Shown piece after piece: positions 38,498 to 47,424 of a stretch of 64,000 bases of DNA (the first letter of the stretch is position 1; each line of letters starts with the position of its first letter). The stretch spans positions 1,334 to 65,333 of the forward strand of contig CAZYIA010000001.1 of NCBI GenBank assembly GCA_964646765.1, written 5' to 3'. This stretch comes from an uncultured Candidatus Saccharibacteria bacterium (GTDB lineage: Bacteria; Patescibacteriota; Minisyncoccia; Phycocordibacterales; UBA9973). The notes under the pieces are model-generated. The model was not told the DNA's origin and ran no database searches. It worked only from the letters and a program-made list of their open reading frames with translations. The translations under genes were made by a program, and so were the position numbers.

Positions 38498-38587
38498 AAT
38501 AATGGTTTCGTTTTAGTTGTTACCAGAAGAGGGAAGTCTCCTCTGATAACAACTAAAATTGTATGTCAAAAAGTGACGGTTTTCGTT

Positions 38588-38615
38588 ACATTACCATGAT
38601 TTTGCAGTTAGTCAA
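38588..38615 (-). promoter_or_regulatory. Promoter for pepD
   Basis: TTGACT-16 bp-TAATGT with an extended -10 TG. Confidence 0.6.
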
Positions 38616-38722
38616 AAGTTCTTTTTTAGTCGAAGGGCCATCGATCTAATAAAAGGAGGGTCCATTGAAAAACAGATCAAAGTCTGCTAATCTATTGTGG
38701 CTACAGGGTTTTTTAGCCCAGT

Positions 38723-38795
38723 GCCGCCTTAGCTCAGTTGGTAGAGCAACGCTTTTGTAAAGCGAAGGTCCTCGGTTCAAGTCCGAGAGGCGGCT
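38723..38795 (+). tRNA. tRNA-Thr(TGT)
   Basis: GCCGCCT/AGGCGGC acceptor stem, CGCT-TTTGTAA-AGCG anticodon arm, GTTCAAGTC. Confidence 0.95.
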
Positions 38796-38816
38796 CAGAA
38801 AATTTTCTATTTAGTC

Positions 38817-38936
38817 ATGATGTATGCGAGGTATGTCCTGCGCGAAGGTACGTCGCTTGAGAAGCGGGAGCGGATGGGGCATCTGCGGACACGGCTAGTG
38901 CTGAACGATAAGAAAATTACGCTTATGGCTGAGTAG
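38817..38936 (+). pseudogene. Short GC-rich ORF fragment, possible recombinase C-terminal remnant (MMYARYVLREGTSLEKRERMGHLRTRLVLNDKKITLMAE)
   Basis: Directly after tRNA-Thr; resembles, from memory, the tail of CPR large serine recombinases; unverified. Confidence 0.4.
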
Positions 38937-41646
38937 TTCCTTGATTCAGTTTTAATGAAAGCAAAGCGACGTCCTTCTTGGAGTTTCTCTTTTCCAAACC
39001 GTCTAAGACCTTCTTTTCTGTCTCGGGTGTCCAATATATCTTCAATTTTTCCTTCGCTCTCGTGATTGCTGTATAGAAAATATTATGCGTTATCATTTCC
39101 TCTACCTCGTTTGTAATGACAACTTTAACTGAATCAAACTCAAGACCTTGTGCCTTGTGGATTGAAACCGCATAGGAAACCTGAAATGGCACTATCGCAT
39201 CGGAAGAAGAGTCGTCATCATCTTCATCGGTGCTGGGGTATTTGTTGACTGAAAAACGGATAATGGACTTACTTCCGTCAGGTGTGTTGCCAACTAGTTG
39301 GAAATCGTAGCCTTCTGCATCAAGCTCGTTTATTACTTTATCGATCTCGATATCGAACTGGATCCTGTCATTATTTTTGGTAATACCAACGATCTTACCC
39401 TTAAGGTTGTTATAGATGAGCGGAGAGAATCTATTCATCTCATTGAACAGTACAGGGTCACCAATTTTGTAGGTGTGAACTCCCCAGTACATCGGACTGT
39501 TCTTGTTGTTGCTTTGGAGAAATCTATTGATGTTGTTGATGCCGTATAATCCATCGTAATTCAGACAGAGCACGATCTCATCCTCCTCGGCATTCTCAAA
39601 GAAAGATTGATCAAGCTTCACGGAGTATTTATTCTTTGTTATGTGTTCAAGAATATCGGTGTCTATGTTCCGTACTTTATTCCACAAGGTGATCAACTTC
39701 TCGTTAGTGCTACGGTATGGCTTAGTCAGCTCAAACCTAGATGTTTGAGGAATGAAGGACTGGGCAATATTGAACCAGTTACCAAAGTTTATAGACTCTA
39801 TCTGGAACACATCTCCGACCAAGACGAGTAATTTGAACTTTGCTTTTTCCAGAACCGCACGCATATCCGAATTGCTGACGGTACTACATTCATCAATAAT
39901 CAATATGTCGTAGTCGAAATCTGTATTTTTAGGCGAAAGGAATTTACTGATCGTCTTGTATGTACAGTTAGCGGCTTGAACCTTTCTTCTCAAGTTATCT
40001 ACCGCAGGGTTGGTGTTCGCTAGATAAAGTTTGGTCTTATCGTTAAAGAAATTCGATATGTGATTTATCATTGTCGACTTTCCAGTACCAGCGGCACCAT
40101 ACACCAACGCCACCTTTGATTTTTCAAACAATCTTCTCAAAGCATCCTTCTTTTCTTCACAGTCGACAATGTGCGTAGATGTCTGAAGCCAAGAATCGAT
40201 CGAATTAGCGTAGTTGCGAATACCTGTAGATGAAAGCTCGGTCAACTTTTTGATGATGTACAAGGCAGCCTCTTCATATCCCTTGATGTAGATATGGTCT
40301 TTAAACTTCTCCAACTTGCGATGCCCGTGTTTGAAGTATAAGGAAGAATTGTATTTCTGGATCAATGCATCGACGTCTTTAAACCCATCCGTGTCGCTCA
40401 TAGGAGTGTAGAGCTGACCGTCAATTTCGTTTTTATTTGTAATAAACTTTGCGAACATTTCATGCTCTCGACCTGTTGCATCAATGCAATCAAATAGGTC
40501 ATGTGCTCTCGGCTTATGGTTGAGAGGCGAGGAATTGAAAGGCATCTCATCAAACGGAATACACCCGAATTCTAGTTTCAAATTTGAGAGGTTCGGACAC
40601 TCATCGTGGCTATATTGCTGCTTGATGATTTTGTTATTGAGTCTGTAAAGCAGGTATCTGACTACATTTGTACCGGCTTTCTTTGCTTGCACAAATGCAC
40701 GGACATTATCCAGTACATCAAAAATGTATTTAGTCTTTGCCGCGCTTACAATCTTGGACCTTATGCTACCGTAGTAATCGTCAGATAGGTCCATGAACTC
40801 TGTAAGATTCAGTCCTGTCTCCGTCAGAAACCTCATTAACTCCTTGTACTCATTTCCACTTTGGATCTTGGGATCTTTTCCGAAGATTTTCGCAAAGTTA
40901 TTCAACTCACAAGGACGGATAGACACCTCCCAATCGTTAATGATTTGGATGGGCATGTTCTTATCCACGATCTTTATGCTGTCGGTAGTCAAAGATAGCT
41001 TCACGGCATAGTTGTCAGATATATCTAACTTTGTAAAAGCAATGATTCTGTCGAACTTGCTTGCGTAGTCATTAGCGCGTGTAAAAGTTACCTCGTAATA
41101 CACTTCGTAATTGACGAAGAAGGGTTTTACCTTTTGAATGTAGAACCTGTCGCTATTAACACCTTTGGGGTCTGCAGGTGGCTGATGGTTTATTTTCTCA
41201 GCAATTTTTTCGTGATACTCCTTGAGGACGGAATCGGTATTGATGGGAAAGGCATCTATATTCTTGAGAACTTCCAAGTTGTGAGTCTTCTTTAGGTAGG
41301 ACTTTATCTTCAAAAGATACTCGTAATACTTGAGCATCAGCCTCTCCGAATTTTCTTCGTCAGGCGTGTAATGAGAAATTGTCTTTTGAAGAAGCTTGTG
41401 GAAATTACTCAAAAACCGCAGATCGCCCCTGGTCTTAACGTAAGCTTCGCCACTCTTGATGTTTTCGTATGAGTTATCTATGTCCTTGCCGTTGCTGAAT
41501 GCTTTCAGCGAGATGTGGTCGACAAAGTTTCTAAGTTGCGACAGTATGTTCTGTGACAGCAACCCTCTTTCGGAAGTATCAAACCTGTCGATATTGGCAG
41601 ATATGACTTTGTCTGTATTTAAGATTTCAGTATCGACTTTGCTCAT
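38923..41646 (-). CDS. SF1 RecD/Dda-like helicase with long N-terminal domain (candidate anti-phage protein)
   Basis: GAAGTGKS, IIDECS, VGDxxQ, YAVSIHKAQGLEF, YTAITRA; ~490-aa N-terminal region. Confidence 0.85.
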   Translation of the reverse strand: MSKVDTEILNTDKVISANIDRFDTSERGLLSQNILSQLRNFVDHISLKAFSNGKDIDNSYENIKSGEAYVKTRGDLRFLSNFHKLLQKTISHYTPDEENSERLMLKYYEYLLKIKSYLKKTHNLEVLKNIDAFPINTDSVLKEYHEKIAEKINHQPPADPKGVNSDRFYIQKVKPFFVNYEVYYEVTFTRANDYASKFDRIIAFTKLDISDNYAVKLSLTTDSIKIVDKNMPIQIINDWEVSIRPCELNNFAKIFGKDPKIQSGNEYKELMRFLTETGLNLTEFMDLSDDYYGSIRSKIVSAAKTKYIFDVLDNVRAFVQAKKAGTNVVRYLLYRLNNKIIKQQYSHDECPNLSNLKLEFGCIPFDEMPFNSSPLNHKPRAHDLFDCIDATGREHEMFAKFITNKNEIDGQLYTPMSDTDGFKDVDALIQKYNSSLYFKHGHRKLEKFKDHIYIKGYEEAALYIIKKLTELSSTGIRNYANSIDSWLQTSTHIVDCEEKKDALRRLFEKSKVALVYGAAGTGKSTMINHISNFFNDKTKLYLANTNPAVDNLRRKVQAANCTYKTISKFLSPKNTDFDYDILIIDECSTVSNSDMRAVLEKAKFKLLVLVGDVFQIESINFGNWFNIAQSFIPQTSRFELTKPYRSTNEKLITLWNKVRNIDTDILEHITKNKYSVKLDQSFFENAEEDEIVLCLNYDGLYGINNINRFLQSNNKNSPMYWGVHTYKIGDPVLFNEMNRFSPLIYNNLKGKIVGITKNNDRIQFDIEIDKVINELDAEGYDFQLVGNTPDGSKSIIRFSVNKYPSTDEDDDDSSSDAIVPFQVSYAVSIHKAQGLEFDSVKVVITNEVEEMITHNIFYTAITRAKEKLKIYWTPETEKKVLDGLEKRNSKKDVALLSLKLNQGTTQP

Positions 41647-41690
41647 GAGAATATTTACATTTTAGCATTTTTCGGTCTTATTTTATTTAA

Positions 41691-41724
41691 ACAAAAAAGA
41701 GCGATTCATATCGCTCTTTTTTGT
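41691..41724. terminator. Bidirectional terminator upstream of the helicase
   Basis: ACAAAAAAGAGCGAT-TCAT-ATCGCTCTTTTTTGT. Confidence 0.85.
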
Positions 41725-41920
41725 ACAACCTTTAGCTTCGTGGGTCACAGCTCAACCTAGAGCATGTGGGTCATCAAAACTACCAGGTTGTCAATGCGGG
41801 TTTAGTGAGATTCGAACTCGGCGACCCGTTTTTTCCAAGAAGTAGCTCTACAAACACTTTGTTAATAAAAATAACCTTATAATATAAGGCTTTTTTTGGG
41901 GAAGAGGGTAGACCTGTTTA

Positions 41921-41958
41921 TTACAAAAGCGTTGCTCTACCAACTGAGCTAAGGCGGC
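41921..41958 (-). pseudogene. tRNA-Thr(TGT) 5' half, ending at the end of the anticodon loop
   Basis: Exact reverse complement of 38723-38760. Confidence 0.92.
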
Positions 41959-41972
41959 AATATTTGTTTTGG

Positions 41973-42560
41973 TTATTCTACTATATTTTCGGGAGAATTG
42001 GATACTGGTTCTGTGGTAGTAGGATTTTCTGTCTTGGTTTCCATAACTGAAGCAACATGAACGGTTCGCTTGCGGCGGGCTGGTTTCTTAATTGCTTCGG
42101 TTACTGTTTCAGTGACAGTATGCACGGTTCTTCCTGCATCCTGAACTGTTTTTTCAACTTCAGTTTGCATTTCTTTTGCTGCGTTTCGAAGCGTATCTTT
42201 GTATTCAGAAATGGAGTTTAAGAATTGCTCACTGGTTCGGTTTGCTTCGAGTGCTCCTTTCTCATGTTCAATCCGAGCGAGCATTTTGTGCACTAAGGTG
42301 TCGAGCTTTACGCGAACCTTATGCGCAAAGAGGGCAGTGGTGTGCAGAAAGCGAATGAAGAATGTGCGAATTTGGTCACGAAGGGCGATCAAAAATGCTC
42401 GGGTAATTGCTTCTACTTTAGCTAAGGCAAGAGGATTCTCATGCTCTGGATCGAATGCCGCCGGATTAATTCGGTTCGTTTTGATTTGCCACGCACGAAG
42501 CGAGACAGTACCAACGATACCGACGAGCGAAACGATCCAGAGAATAAGAACGAATGACAT
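41973..42560 (-). CDS. Hypothetical membrane-anchored protein
   Basis: N-terminal TM helix and helical body; follows tsf. Confidence 0.75.
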   Translation of the reverse strand: MSFVLILWIVSLVGIVGTVSLRAWQIKTNRINPAAFDPEHENPLALAKVEAITRAFLIALRDQIRTFFIRFLHTTALFAHKVRVKLDTLVHKMLARIEHEKGALEANRTSEQFLNSISEYKDTLRNAAKEMQTEVEKTVQDAGRTVHTVTETVTEAIKKPARRKRTVHVASVMETKTENPTTTEPVSNSPENIVE

Positions 42561-42568
42561 ACTTTATA

Positions 42569-43348
42569 TTATGCACCAATTTGGAGAAGTGACACCTCCT
42601 TTAATTTTCCTCCAGCTGATTCAATGTGCTTTAGAATCGTTACATCAGGATTTTTGATGAATGCCTGGTCGAGCAATGTGCGTTCCTTAAAGTAAGTAGC
42701 AAGTTTCCCAGCAAGCATTTTTTCCTGAATGTCGGCAGGCTTTCCAGAAGCAGCTACTTCTTCAGCAAACATTGCCTTTGCCTTTTCGGTCATATCGGCA
42801 GGAATATCGGTTGCGCGGATGTACTCTGGATGCATTGCTGCAACGTGCATAGCAACGTCCTTTGCAACATCAGCGTTGCCTCCTTCAAGCGAGACAACCA
42901 CAGCGGTTTTGCCATTGTGGACGTAGCTTCCGATAGTCGTACCAGAAACTTCAACGATGCGGCCGAGCTTAATGTTTTCACCAATCTTCTGAATGATCGC
43001 ATTAATCATGTCAGGAGCTGCGGCTTCTGCTGCGTCTTTACCTTCCGCGAGCGCTTTTTGAGCAATTGCTTCCGCAAGTGAAACGAAGTCGGCATTTTGT
43101 GCCACGAAGTCAGTTTCGCAATTAAGCTCAACGAGTACCGCTTTGTCATCTTTTTTAAGAACAACAATGCGACCTTCGACTGCTTCGCGATCACTTTTCT
43201 TAGCCGCAATTTCAGTCGACTTCTTTTTAAGGATCATGAGCGCCTTTTCCATATCACCGCCGGCTTCTTCGAGCGCCTTGCGGCACTGCATAACCGAGAT
43301 GCCAGTTTGATCACGGAGGGCTTTTACTTGGTCTGTGGTGATTGCCAT
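42569..43348 (-). CDS. tsf: Elongation factor Ts
   Basis: VKALRDQTG..M.C.KAL, ELNCETDFVA; start set at MAITTDQ. Confidence 0.97.
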   Translation of the reverse strand: MAITTDQVKALRDQTGISVMQCRKALEEAGGDMEKALMILKKKSTEIAAKKSDREAVEGRIVVLKKDDKAVLVELNCETDFVAQNADFVSLAEAIAQKALAEGKDAAEAAAPDMINAIIQKIGENIKLGRIVEVSGTTIGSYVHNGKTAVVVSLEGGNADVAKDVAMHVAAMHPEYIRATDIPADMTEKAKAMFAEEVAASGKPADIQEKMLAGKLATYFKERTLLDQAFIKNPDVTILKHIESAGGKLKEVSLLQIGA

Positions 43349-43383
43349 ACGAAAGAACAAAATTAAAGAACTAATGGAGCAGT

Positions 43384-44082
43384 TTATGCTGTAGGGTTTG
43401 AGGTGAGGCCACCGCGCCATGCAGATACTGCGCGTTCGCAAATCAGATTAATTGATGAAACTGATCCATCATTACCAACGATTGGGTAGGCGATACCTGA
43501 AACGTTCGTGTCAGTGTTTGCAAGAGCGATAACTGGAATACCAATTTTCTGAGCTTCAGTTACGGCAATGTGTTCGCGCTTTGGATCGATAACAAAGAGA
43601 GCATCAGGTTTCTGGGTGAGGCCGGTAAGACCTGAGAAGAGCTTGTGCATTTTTGCAATTTCCTCGTCGAGGAGAAGGCGTTCCTTCTTCGTGTACTTAT
43701 CGAGTTCGCCAGCTTCTTTTTTAGCTTTGAGATCAATAAGACGAGCAATACGCTTCTTGATTTCTGGCCAGTTAGTGAGCACGCCACCTACCCAGCGTTC
43801 AACGATGTACGGCTGGTCGAGGCGTTCAGCGGCACCTTTTACAGTTTCGCGAGCTTCTGGCTTAGTACCAACGAAAAGAACTTTCTTGCCTTTTGCAGCA
43901 AGAGAAGCAAGAAAAGCTTCAGCGGTAGCAAGCTGCGCTGCAGTCTTTTCAATATCGATAATGTCGACTTTGTTTTTCGTGGTGAACACGAATTTCGCAG
44001 CCGATGGGTGGCGACGCGTTTTTGAGTAACCAAAGTGTGCGCCGGCCTGGAAGAGTGAATCAACCAATGATTGGTCTGACAT
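43384..44082 (-). CDS. rpsB: 30S ribosomal protein S2
   Basis: AGAHFG, LFVGTK, RWVGGVLTN, DTN, GND. Confidence 0.97.
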   Translation of the reverse strand: MSDQSLVDSLFQAGAHFGYSKTRRHPSAAKFVFTTKNKVDIIDIEKTAAQLATAEAFLASLAAKGKKVLFVGTKPEARETVKGAAERLDQPYIVERWVGGVLTNWPEIKKRIARLIDLKAKKEAGELDKYTKKERLLLDEEIAKMHKLFSGLTGLTQKPDALFVIDPKREHIAVTEAQKIGIPVIALANTDTNVSGIAYPIVGNDGSVSSINLICERAVSAWRGGLTSNPTA

Positions 44083-44250
44083 AAAAACTCTCTATCCGAG
44101 TCCCTTAGCGGGAACCGGTTAATTTATAAGTGTAGGTTCGAGGCCTACAGCATTCCGTTCATAAGCATTGCAGCATATTTACAGGGAGGAGCGCTTGTAC
44201 CAGAGGCCGAAGCCTGTTGGGCTAAACTAAAAACTCCCCACGGAGTGCCA
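44083..44250 (-). promoter_or_regulatory. Structured rpsB 5' leader
   Basis: TTGCTT-17 bp-TATTGT promoter (44283-44255) followed by several hairpins. Confidence 0.55.
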
Positions 44251-44344
44251 AAACACAATACCTCAAAAACCGAAAAAAAGCAAGAATTTCTAAGGCTTAA
44301 AAGTTGTAAAACTAAGGCTTTTAGGCTACTATCACTGTACTTAT

Positions 44345-45604
44345 ATGCGTCAATCAAAGCTTTTTACCAAGACCAAGCGGGAGGACCCGAAAGACGAGGT
44401 TTCCAAGAACGCTAAACTCTTAATTAGGGGTGGTTTCGTTCATAAGGAAATGGCTGGAGTGTATGCTTTCTTACCACTTGGCTTACAGGTGCTCAGCAAT
44501 ATCGTGGCGATTATTCGTGAAGAAATGAATCGCATTGGGGGTCAAGAAGTGGTGCTTACCGCTCTTCAAGAACGTGAACTATGGGAAAAAACCAACCGTT
44601 GGGACGATGCCGTTGTTGATACGTGGTTCAAAACAAAGTTAAAGAATGATACCGAACTTGGTTTAGGTTTTACGCATGAAGAGCCGCTGACACGTCTTAT
44701 GAAGGATCATATTTCTTCATACCGTGATCTGCCTGTTTCGGTGTATCAGTTCCAAACAAAATTTCGAAATGAAACGCGGGCTAAAAGTGGCATTATGCGC
44801 ATGCGCGAATTTTTAATGAAAGATTTGTACTCATTCTCGCGCAATAAAGAAGAACACGATGCCTATTATGAAAGAGCAGCCGAAGCGTACTTGAAAATTT
44901 TTGAACGTGTTGGCTTAGGTAGTCTCACCTATAAAACATTTGCTTCTGGTGGCGTCTTTTCAAAATACTCGCACGAGTTTCAAACGCTCACTGAAGCAGG
45001 CGAGGATATCATTTATGTATCAGAAGCAAAGAAAATCGCCATCAACAAAGAAGTGTACACCGAAGATGTATTACAAAATCTTGGCTTAACAAAAGAAGAA
45101 CTTGTAGAAAAGAAAGCGGTTGAAGTGGGAAATATTTTCACTCTTGGTACTCGTTTCTCAGAACCGCTTGAACTTACTTTTCTTGATGAGAATGGTGAGA
45201 AGAAGCCGGTACTCATGGGCTGTTACGGCATTGGCCCTGGCCGAGTGATGGGCACTATTGTTGAAGCGCTTTCTGATGAGAAGGGAATTGTGTGGCCAGA
45301 ATCGGTTGCGCCATTCCGGGTACATCTTCTTGCTCTTGGCGAAACAGAAACCGTGCGCGAAACAGCCGACAAACTCTATGGTGAACTTTCTGATGCCGGT
45401 GTCTCAGTTCTCTATGATGATCGCCGCGCTTCGAACGGAGAAAAATTTGCTGACGCTGATTTACTTGGTATGCCATATCGCGTAGTTGTTTCAGAGCGCA
45501 GCATGAAAGAAGGTGGCGCCGAAGTAAAAAAGCGAACCGAAGAAAAAGGTTCGATTTTACCGTTCACTGATGTCATTGGTTTTCTCTCTCCTAAAAAGGA
45601 TTAA
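44345..45604 (+). CDS. proS: Prolyl-tRNA synthetase (short form, no editing insertion)
   Basis: THEE, KFRNE.R...G..R.REF.MKD.YS, EVGNIF.LG, MGCYGIG. Confidence 0.95.
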   Translation: MRQSKLFTKTKREDPKDEVSKNAKLLIRGGFVHKEMAGVYAFLPLGLQVLSNIVAIIREEMNRIGGQEVVLTALQERELWEKTNRWDDAVVDTWFKTKLKNDTELGLGFTHEEPLTRLMKDHISSYRDLPVSVYQFQTKFRNETRAKSGIMRMREFLMKDLYSFSRNKEEHDAYYERAAEAYLKIFERVGLGSLTYKTFASGGVFSKYSHEFQTLTEAGEDIIYVSEAKKIAINKEVYTEDVLQNLGLTKEELVEKKAVEVGNIFTLGTRFSEPLELTFLDENGEKKPVLMGCYGIGPGRVMGTIVEALSDEKGIVWPESVAPFRVHLLALGETETVRETADKLYGELSDAGVSVLYDDRRASNGEKFADADLLGMPYRVVVSERSMKEGGAEVKKRTEEKGSILPFTDVIGFLSPKKD

Positions 45605-45609
45605 TACGT

Positions 45610-46656
45610 ATGTTTGATTCACTCTACCAATCATTTTCAAACGACATCGGTATCGATCTTGGTACCGCAAACACCCTCGTGTATTTAAAAGGTCACGGCA
45701 TTGTTATCAATGAACCATCGGTGGTAGCAGTAAACCAAAAGACTGGTCAGATCGTGGCAGTAGGAACTGAAGCAAAACAAATGCTCGGCCGTACACCAGG
45801 GCACATTAAGGCAATCCGCCCGCTTGTTGATGGAGTGATTTCAGATTTCGAAGTGACCGAAGAAATGCTTGCCTATTTGATTGGTAAGACTGAAAAAACT
45901 TCTAAGAAAATGTTTCGCCCTCGCGTAGTTGTTGGTATTCCAACCGGAACCACCAACGTAGAATCGCGCGCTGTGTACGATGCGGCAAAATCTGCTGGTG
46001 CTCGCGAAGTGTATTTGATCGAAGAGCCGATGGCAGCTGCAATTGGTATTCGTTTGCCAATTAAAGATGCCGTGGGATCAATGATTATCGATATTGGTGG
46101 GGGAACTACTGACATCGCAGTGATTTCGCTCGGTGGTATTGTACGAAGCAAAAATCTAAAAATTGCCGGCGATAAATTTAACAATGATATCTCAACCTAC
46201 CTTCGTGATGAATTTAAACTTTTGATTGGTGAGAAAACTGCTGAAGGAGTGAAGCTTGCTGTCGCAAATGTACTCCCAGGAAACTTTATGGAAGCTGAAG
46301 TGCGCGGTCGTGATCTTGTTTCAGGGTTGCCTCGAGAAGTTATCATTACCGATTCTGACGTTCGTGAAGCTATTGGCCCCTCGGTAAACCAACTCATTGA
46401 TGGTGTAAAAGAAGTGCTTGAAACCACACCACCAGAAATTTTGGGTGACGTTATGCACCGCGGTATTGTGCTTTCAGGTGGCGGTGCGCTACTTCGTGGC
46501 CTCGATGAACTTCTTCATAACGTTTTGAAAATTCCAATTTATATTGCTGAAGATCCACTCACAGCTGTTGCTCGAGGAGCTGGTGTTGTACTTGATGATA
46601 TAGAGTACTATCGCGAAGTGCTTGTTGACGCTGAACATGAACACACGCTTCGCTAA
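45610..46656 (+). CDS. mreB: Actin-like MreB
   Basis: IDLGTANT, EEPMAAAIG, DIGGGTT, GGGALL. Confidence 0.97.
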   Translation: MFDSLYQSFSNDIGIDLGTANTLVYLKGHGIVINEPSVVAVNQKTGQIVAVGTEAKQMLGRTPGHIKAIRPLVDGVISDFEVTEEMLAYLIGKTEKTSKKMFRPRVVVGIPTGTTNVESRAVYDAAKSAGAREVYLIEEPMAAAIGIRLPIKDAVGSMIIDIGGGTTDIAVISLGGIVRSKNLKIAGDKFNNDISTYLRDEFKLLIGEKTAEGVKLAVANVLPGNFMEAEVRGRDLVSGLPREVIITDSDVREAIGPSVNQLIDGVKEVLETTPPEILGDVMHRGIVLSGGGALLRGLDELLHNVLKIPIYIAEDPLTAVARGAGVVLDDIEYYREVLVDAEHEHTLR

Positions 46657-47422
46657 ATCTTCCCGTCGCGGACCACATACGCTGCTTGTCGCTGCTCTTG
46701 TTTTTGTTCTTTGTTTTATTGCTTCCGTTTTTATTTTTCCTGCTTTTGGGCATCTATTTCGTACTATGCTCCGACCTCTTACGAGCGTAAGTAGTGGTAT
46801 TGGTTCTGGTTTTGAAACACTGGGTGCCTATTTTGGTTCTAAAGCTCACATGGAACGACGGAATCAAGAACTTGAAAATCAAATTACTGAACTACAAACT
46901 CGGTTACTTGATCGCGATAGCATAGCTCTCGAAAATGCTGCGCTGCAAGAAATTTTAAATCGTAAGGTTTCAGAAAAATTTACACTTGCCCGTGTTTTAG
47001 TAAAACCAAATCGTTCACTGTACGACACAGTTATTATTGATATTGGTAAAGACAATAATCTACGCGTTGGAGCTCAGGTGTTTGCCTACGGTGATGTTCC
47101 TATTGGAACTGTGGCAACTGTGGATGCAAAAACGTCACTGGTAAAACTTTATTCATCTCCTGGTGAAGTGGTCACTGGTCGTATTGAAGGACTTGATATC
47201 GATGTTACACTCACGGGCCGCGGCGGCGGTAATTTTGAAGCTGAGCTCCCGCGCGAAGTCAAAGTAACTGAAGGCCAGAATGTCGTATTACCAGCTTCAA
47301 CGCCACTTATTATTGCCAAATTTGGTAAGGAAATTTCTGATCCACGTGATCCAGCACAAAAGTTTATTCTCACTGGCCCAATAAATATGAGTGAGCTTAA
47401 CCTGGTAGAAATTGGAGAATAA
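46637..47422 (+). CDS. mreC: Rod shape-determining protein MreC
   Basis: TM helix, coiled coil (LENAALQEIL), IDIG...; follows mreB. Confidence 0.88.
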   Translation: MNTRFAKSSRRGPHTLLVAALVFVLCFIASVFIFPAFGHLFRTMLRPLTSVSSGIGSGFETLGAYFGSKAHMERRNQELENQITELQTRLLDRDSIALENAALQEILNRKVSEKFTLARVLVKPNRSLYDTVIIDIGKDNNLRVGAQVFAYGDVPIGTVATVDAKTSLVKLYSSPGEVVTGRIEGLDIDVTLTGRGGGNFEAELPREVKVTEGQNVVLPASTPLIIAKFGKEISDPRDPAQKFILTGPINMSELNLVEIGE

Positions 47423-47424
47423 TA

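Larger units (their letters stand above)
38796..41959. mobile_element. Degraded tRNA-Thr-associated island carrying a helicase
   Basis: Bounded by the intact tRNA-Thr and an inverted exact copy of its 5' half. Confidence 0.65.

Noticed and set aside
41795-41958. Intron-containing tRNA-Thr
   Set aside because: The downstream 3'-like fragment cannot pair with the GCCGCCT acceptor strand, and I found no matching 3' exon on the minus strand
43349-43441. N-terminal extension of EF-Ts from the ORF track
   Set aside because: Overlaps rpsB; homology starts at MAITTDQ
44345-45604. Short ProS as a truncation
   Set aside because: ProRS without the editing insertion is a known form; catalytic and anticodon-binding domains are present
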